The translations under genes were made by a program, and so were the position numbers. This document shows, one piece after another, positions 40,500 through 44,084 of a stretch of DNA of 44,084 bases (its first letter is position 1; every line of letters begins with the position of its first letter). This DNA comes from Prochlorococcus sp. AH-716-J09 (GTDB lineage: Bacteria > Cyanobacteriota > Cyanobacteriia > PCC-6307 > Cyanobiaceae): assembly GCA_028408915.1 (NCBI GenBank), contig JAOOLS010000001.1, positions 1-44,084 of the forward strand, in the 5' to 3' direction. Under the pieces are notes generated by a model that saw only the letters and a program-made list of their open reading frames with translations, made no database searches and was not told the origin of the DNA.

Positions 40500-40889
40500 T
40501 TAAACTCTGCTATAACCAAATTTTGTTTTAAAGATCTTATATGGAACTCCTGTTCCATTCATGGCTTCAATAACTTTATCTCCCACAGTTCCGTAAAATT
40601 CAACAGAAAGATCAGACCCAAGTTCAGCATGAGCCTCAAGATAAACACCTAATGCTGGATTAGCTAAATGAGCTAGTAAAGCATCATCATTTTTATAAAC
40701 TTCTGACCATACGAAACGAAGAGGATCATCAGGGTCTTGATCAAAAGTATGATGGAGCATTCCTGGTTCGTCAGCTTCAACAGCTTTATCTGTCTTATCT
40801 GCAATTTCTAAGTATTCTGCAACCTTATCTTCCTTAACTTTAAGTTTTGCAAGAAGCATAAATGGAGTGTCTGATCCAAAACTAGACAT
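40500..40889 (-). CDS. ABM-like (putative quinol monooxygenase) dimeric alpha-beta barrel protein
   Basis: AVEADEPGMLHHTF...FVWSEVYKNDDALLAHLANP; start set at the MSSFG ATG (40889) because the longer start runs through a terminator. Confidence 0.75.
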   Translation of the reverse strand: MSSFGSDTPFMLLAKLKVKEDKVAEYLEIADKTDKAVEADEPGMLHHTFDQDPDDPLRFVWSEVYKNDDALLAHLANPALGVYLEAHAELGSDLSVEFYGTVGDKVIEAMNGTGVPYKIFKTKFGYSRV

Positions 40890-40960
40890 AAAAAAAAGAC
40901 TCTTGCGAGCCTGAGTGATGGGGATTTCCATCATGGCAAATTAATTAGAAACCAACAACT
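40890..40960 (-). ncRNA. Putative small RNA or attenuating leader ending in a GCAA-tetraloop terminator immediately before the ABM start codon
   Basis: Minus strand: TACTAT -10 candidate (40967-40972), hairpin TGATGG-AAATCC-CCATCA, then AGGCTC-GCAA-GAGTCT plus a T-run. Confidence 0.5.
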
Positions 40961-40990
40961 CCACCAATAGTAAATTTTTATTACTTACAA

Positions 40991-41006
40991 ACACTATATG
41001 TAGTGC
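40991..41006. promoter_or_regulatory. Palindromic operator ACACTATATGTAGTGC resembling an NrdR box, touching an extended -10 (TGCTAGGAT, 41004-41012)
   Basis: CACTA-TATG-TAGTG dyad; close to the consensus acaCwAtATaTwGtgt. Confidence 0.4.
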
Positions 41007-41018
41007 TAGGATTTTAAA

Positions 41019-41079
41019 AAGGCCGGGTGATGGGGATTATCCTGCTTTTTGACTGGGGCGAAGCTATCGCCCTTTTTTT
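41019..41079 (+). ncRNA. Putative ~60-nt small RNA
   Basis: Extended -10 upstream, GC-rich non-coding body, terminator GGGCGA-AGCTA-TCGCCC plus T7 that only works on the + strand. Confidence 0.55.
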
Positions 41080-41227
41080 ATGGGTATAATTTTCTAATAG
41101 CTTCTTGTTGTTCTTGTTTTTTTATTTCTTCAGCATCATAAACAGGACAAGTATTCTGATTAAGTGATGAGAAAAAAGCACTTTTTTTAAAACGTTTGAA
41201 TATAGGAGTCAATAATAAAAGTTTCAT
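41078..41227 (-). CDS. Putative 49-aa microprotein MKLLLLTPIFKRFKKSAFFSSLNQNTCPVYDAEEIKKQEQQEAIRKLYP
   Basis: Manual translation; starts 5 nt after the stop of 41233-41727. Confidence 0.45.
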   Translation of the reverse strand: MKLLLLTPIFKRFKKSAFFSSLNQNTCPVYDAEEIKKQEQQEAIRKLYP

Positions 41228-41232
41228 TGCTT

Positions 41233-41727
41233 TTATTTGTTAAATTGCTCAAACATACTTAAATACTGCAAAGGAAACACTCTGGTTAAATTTTCTACTC
41301 TCTCTTCATCCAATACAACACCCTCTGGTAATTTCTTAATTAACTTTGGAATAGCTTTTTTTGTTTCCTCTCTGCAGAAATTAATTCTATAAGTAGCTTC
41401 TTTTTTTATATTCGTTTTAATTAATCCATCTTTTTCAAGCATTGATTTTAAATCAAGATTATTTCCTTTGATAAGAGCAATTAAAACAGTATCTGAAATT
41501 TTTAAAGCTTCAGCAGGTTCTTTATCTTTGTTTATTCCAAATATCCAGGTACAGGCACCAACTCCTAATGCTCTTGCAATACAATCATCATTTCCAATTT
41601 CATTACAAGGTAATCTAAAAGACTCTTCAATTTTTTTTAGATCATATCCATTCTCACCTTCTGGAAAACCAGCTTGAGTAGAAAAAGGAAATAATAATAA
41701 TATTGCAGGAAAAATTAAGCTTTTCAC
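41233..41727 (-). CDS. Hypothetical secreted/periplasmic protein with four Cys
   Basis: Signal peptide MKSLIFPAILLLFPFSTQA. Confidence 0.72.
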   Translation of the reverse strand: MKSLIFPAILLLFPFSTQAGFPEGENGYDLKKIEESFRLPCNEIGNDDCIARALGVGACTWIFGINKDKEPAEALKISDTVLIALIKGNNLDLKSMLEKDGLIKTNIKKEATYRINFCREETKKAIPKLIKKLPEGVVLDEERVENLTRVFPLQYLSMFEQFNK

Positions 41728-42006
41728 TTAAAAATAACTGGATATAACCGTTGAATCGTAAATATGACCTGCACTCTCAATTAAAGGTTTCACTGCAGGA
41801 TCTTCAAACATAGCTATCGATTTACCTTCTTCACCCTGCTCAATTAGAATTACACTTGTTGGATCATCTTTCTTTACACCTTTGTATAAGCAAATAATTC
41901 CGCGCTCTTTATTCATTTGTATATTTTCTTCGCTGTCATAAACCGCAGCCCACTCTTCAAATGGGACACTAATTTTGAATGTGAAAACGGTAGTTTCAAC
42001 AGACAT
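41728..42006 (-). CDS. DUF3764-family protein
   Basis: ETTVFTFKIS..FEEW...LYKGV.KDDP..VILI.Q...IESAGHIYDST. Confidence 0.75.
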   Translation of the reverse strand: MSVETTVFTFKISVPFEEWAAVYDSEENIQMNKERGIICLYKGVKKDDPTSVILIEQGEEGKSIAMFEDPAVKPLIESAGHIYDSTVISSYF

Positions 42007-42054
42007 AATAAAAAAAGAGCTAATTGCTTCCTATTCTAAATAGAATGTCAATAA

Positions 42055-42402
42055 TCAAGAAAAAACTGGTGGATAAGGTGTTTGTCCATTCATTAATGAA
42101 GTGTCAATTGGTTTACAGATATTCATCAGAGCATCTTGTCCGAAACCTGGACCAGAGGGACCGTCTATAAACTCCTGAAACTCCTCAGCTGAAATACCCT
42201 CATTTACTTCCCAAAAACAATATACAGGACCATTTTTAGTTACAGCATTTGCAGAATGGTTAAAAAATCCTTTTTCTTTATTAGCTGCTACCGCATCATC
42301 CCATCCACCACCTGGTGACATTGCCGCATAAGCTGTTTCCCACCATTTTTCAGCTTTTCCTGCCTTAAATTCATGATGAACGATATAAAAAGTTGATGCC
42401 AT
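42055..42402 (-). CDS. Hypothetical protein, probable ferredoxin-like/dimeric alpha-beta barrel
   Basis: YIVHHEFK...WW...YCFWEV...FQEFID pattern. Confidence 0.65.
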   Translation of the reverse strand: MASTFYIVHHEFKAGKAEKWWETAYAAMSPGGGWDDAVAANKEKGFFNHSANAVTKNGPVYCFWEVNEGISAEEFQEFIDGPSGPGFGQDALMNICKPIDTSLMNGQTPYPPVFS

Positions 42403-42477
42403 AAAAATAATATTTGAGCTGATAATAAAGTTACTTGATATAAGTAAAGGGATGATTATTTTATTTTGAATTCCTAA

Positions 42478-42502
42478 ATAAAAAGGGGGCTAAAAGCCCC
42501 TC
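42478..42502 (-). terminator. Rho-independent terminator
   Basis: Minus strand GAGGGGCT-TTT-AGCCCCC followed by Ts, downstream of 42533-42886. Confidence 0.7.
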
Positions 42503-42532
42503 GCGATCGACTGTCAATATTTACAATCTAAA

Positions 42533-42886
42533 TCAGAATCCAGATATTGCTTCATAGAAATCAGCGTCTGGCAGTATTTCCTTCAAGGGTTCAATTTCCT
42601 CGGGAGGGCCTTGGACCTGCACAGTAATATCTGACACTTCAAAAAGCTTGGGAATCATATGTCCCATATTTTTGAGATGAAACAAAGCGGCGGCACCATC
42701 TTTATATGCCTCTCTTACATAAGCCTTATCTGAACCGCACGTAGTGATATTAAAAAAAAGGCAGTCAGGTTCATTAGCTTTTGTCAGTACCAAAATTTCT
42801 TCTAAAAGAGCTAGGCACTGGTCCATCTTCCCATCCTTGATTGTGAAGTGGGGATGAATAGAAACCATGGTTGTATCTAGAGACAT
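42533..42886 (-). CDS. ABM-like dimeric alpha-beta barrel protein
   Basis: SIHPHFTIK...NEPDCLFF...VREAYKDGAAALFHL. Confidence 0.72.
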   Translation of the reverse strand: MSLDTTMVSIHPHFTIKDGKMDQCLALLEEILVLTKANEPDCLFFNITTCGSDKAYVREAYKDGAAALFHLKNMGHMIPKLFEVSDITVQVQGPPEEIEPLKEILPDADFYEAISGF

Positions 42887-43020
42887 TAATTTATAGATAT
42901 TTCTACTATCTTTCTAGCAACTAATCTTTATGAAAAAGTTAAAAATATAGATTATCTAAAAATTAAGAATGTTAATTTGGTATCGCATGTACCGTTTATA
43001 TGTTTTTTGAAAGCTATTAA

Positions 43021-43209
43021 TTGGATATGAGTTATTTTGCTGAACCAAACCATATTGAATATGATGCATGGTTCGATGAAAACATCGACCCAGTGGATCT
43101 TGTTAATTACTCAGATGAAAAGGAGTTCAGTGATTCGGTACACTTTAAGTTTCATAAGATGTCCACAAGAAATTTAACGATTGGTTCTTCTGATAATTTT
43201 CACTGGTAA
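43021..43209 (+). CDS. Hypothetical acidic protein (start may be ATG 43027)
   Basis: 62-aa ORF filling a gap between divergent/convergent genes. Confidence 0.5.
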   Translation: MDMSYFAEPNHIEYDAWFDENIDPVDLVNYSDEKEFSDSVHFKFHKMSTRNLTIGSSDNFHW

Positions 43210-43247
43210 GTAAAAGATTTTTCACTCCATATATATATTTATGAATC

Positions 43248-43625
43248 TTACGCAGAATATGTTCCATCACTTTCTCTTCTTGCCTTAGCTAATACAATTT
43301 CATCTACAACTTTTTCAATCATATAAGCACTTTTTTTACCATAACATTTTTCTTTTTTAATACTCTCAAAATCATTTGGGATTAAATCATTATGTTTACA
43401 ACAGTCGCATTTAATATCAATTTTCTTACCTCTGAAAACCTCCAAAGCTCTAGAAAAAATCCATTGCTGAACTGAAATACTTTCCCAACCATCGAAGTTC
43501 GACCATTCATCAAAATCTCTATTAAGGATGCCTTTTAATCCATCAGCCTGATTTACATTTACTAAGTATGAATCTTTTCTTGGTTCATCATTAATACCAA
43601 TTGTTTTGACAGAATTTTGATTCAT
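43248..43625 (-). CDS. Conserved hypothetical protein with a CDCC motif
   Basis: 125-aa ATG-started ORF. Confidence 0.7.
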   Translation of the reverse strand: MNQNSVKTIGINDEPRKDSYLVNVNQADGLKGILNRDFDEWSNFDGWESISVQQWIFSRALEVFRGKKIDIKCDCCKHNDLIPNDFESIKKEKCYGKKSAYMIEKVVDEIVLAKARRESDGTYSA

Positions 43626-43694
43626 TAAATATAGATTGATTGAGTAGCCTTATAAATCTAGAGGATAATTTCAAAAATATAAACAAAAAACGTC

Positions 43695-44084
43695 TCAAAT
43701 AAGATCATTAATTGCTTTATCCAATCTAGAAGTATGATTTGTATTTCTGAGTAATTCAAAATCCTTAAAATCAAAGCCCGGGCCAACACAACAACTCACT
43801 AAAGTAAATTCGCCTGTACTTTTTGCAGCTTGCCAATATCCAGATGGGATCATTTCTACCGGATTATTGGAATCTAAAATTAAATTTCTTATTAACTTAT
43901 TATCATTATCTAGGCACCATAAATTCAAAGGATCGCCCCTTAAATAAATCCAAATTTCATCAGCATTTTTTACTCTGTGCCAAGCACTTTTTGCGTCTCT
44001 CTCCAAAAGATAATAAATTCCTGTAATAAAGTTTCTACTTTGGCCATCTTCCCTTATTAGAGAATTCTCACTCCTCACTATCTC
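43695..44084 (-). CDS. Cupin_5/DUF985-family protein, 5' end outside the window
   Basis: TGIYYLL, WHRV..ADEIW, IPSGYWQAA, TLVSCCVGPGFDFKDFE. Confidence 0.88.
   Translation of the reverse strand, partial: EIVRSENSLIREDGQSRNFITGIYYLLERDAKSAWHRVKNADEIWIYLRGDPLNLWCLDNDNKLIRNLILDSNNPVEMIPSGYWQAAKSTGEFTLVSCCVGPGFDFKDFELLRNTNHTSRLDKAINDLI

Noticed and set aside
40890-40934. N-terminal extension MMEIPITQARKSLFF of the ABM ORF
   Set aside because: It runs through a hairpin and a terminator with a U-run, so it is more likely RNA structure, although a leader-peptide role cannot be excluded
42979-42993. GGTATCGCATGTACC as an NtcA or LexA site
   Set aside because: The spacing is GTA-N7-TAC rather than N8, and it does not fit the cyanobacterial LexA spacing either
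34964-44084. Prophage or complete autonomous tycheposon
   Set aside because: No integrase, excisionase, primase/helicase, capsid or terminase genes are visible in the window

Overview
AT-rich picocyanobacterial chromosome segment. Gene content, order and protein sequences look like a high-light Prochlorococcus (recognised, not database-confirmed). About 1-34.7 kb is core genome: an Fe-S-free PhrB-type photolyase operon, trmH, lepA, mqo, nfuA, a glutamine-II riboswitch with a DUF4278 gene, an arsM-like gene, a cyst(e)ine lyase, murE, rpsD, a transsulfuration/cysK cluster, queA, pdhC, aas/fadD, lipB, hpf, a deoC-like gene, recO, proC-sepF-pipY-pipX-ecfT-der, cobI, miaE and aroQ. A tRNA-Tyr/tRNA-Thr pair at 34.8-35.0 kb starts a genomic island. 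It opens with a ~4 kb integrase-less element bounded by a perfect 68-bp direct repeat (tRNA-Tyr 3' end plus tRNA-Thr 5' part) that carries one 1202-aa DUF285/Ig-like autotransporter. After it come many microproteins, a pair of divergent putative sRNAs with complementary 12-nt segments, several ABM/dimeric alpha-beta-barrel genes and a cupin. The most unexpected observation is a 41-bp exact inverted copy of the pipX 3' end sitting in frame inside the cyst(e)ine lyase gene about 19 kb away.
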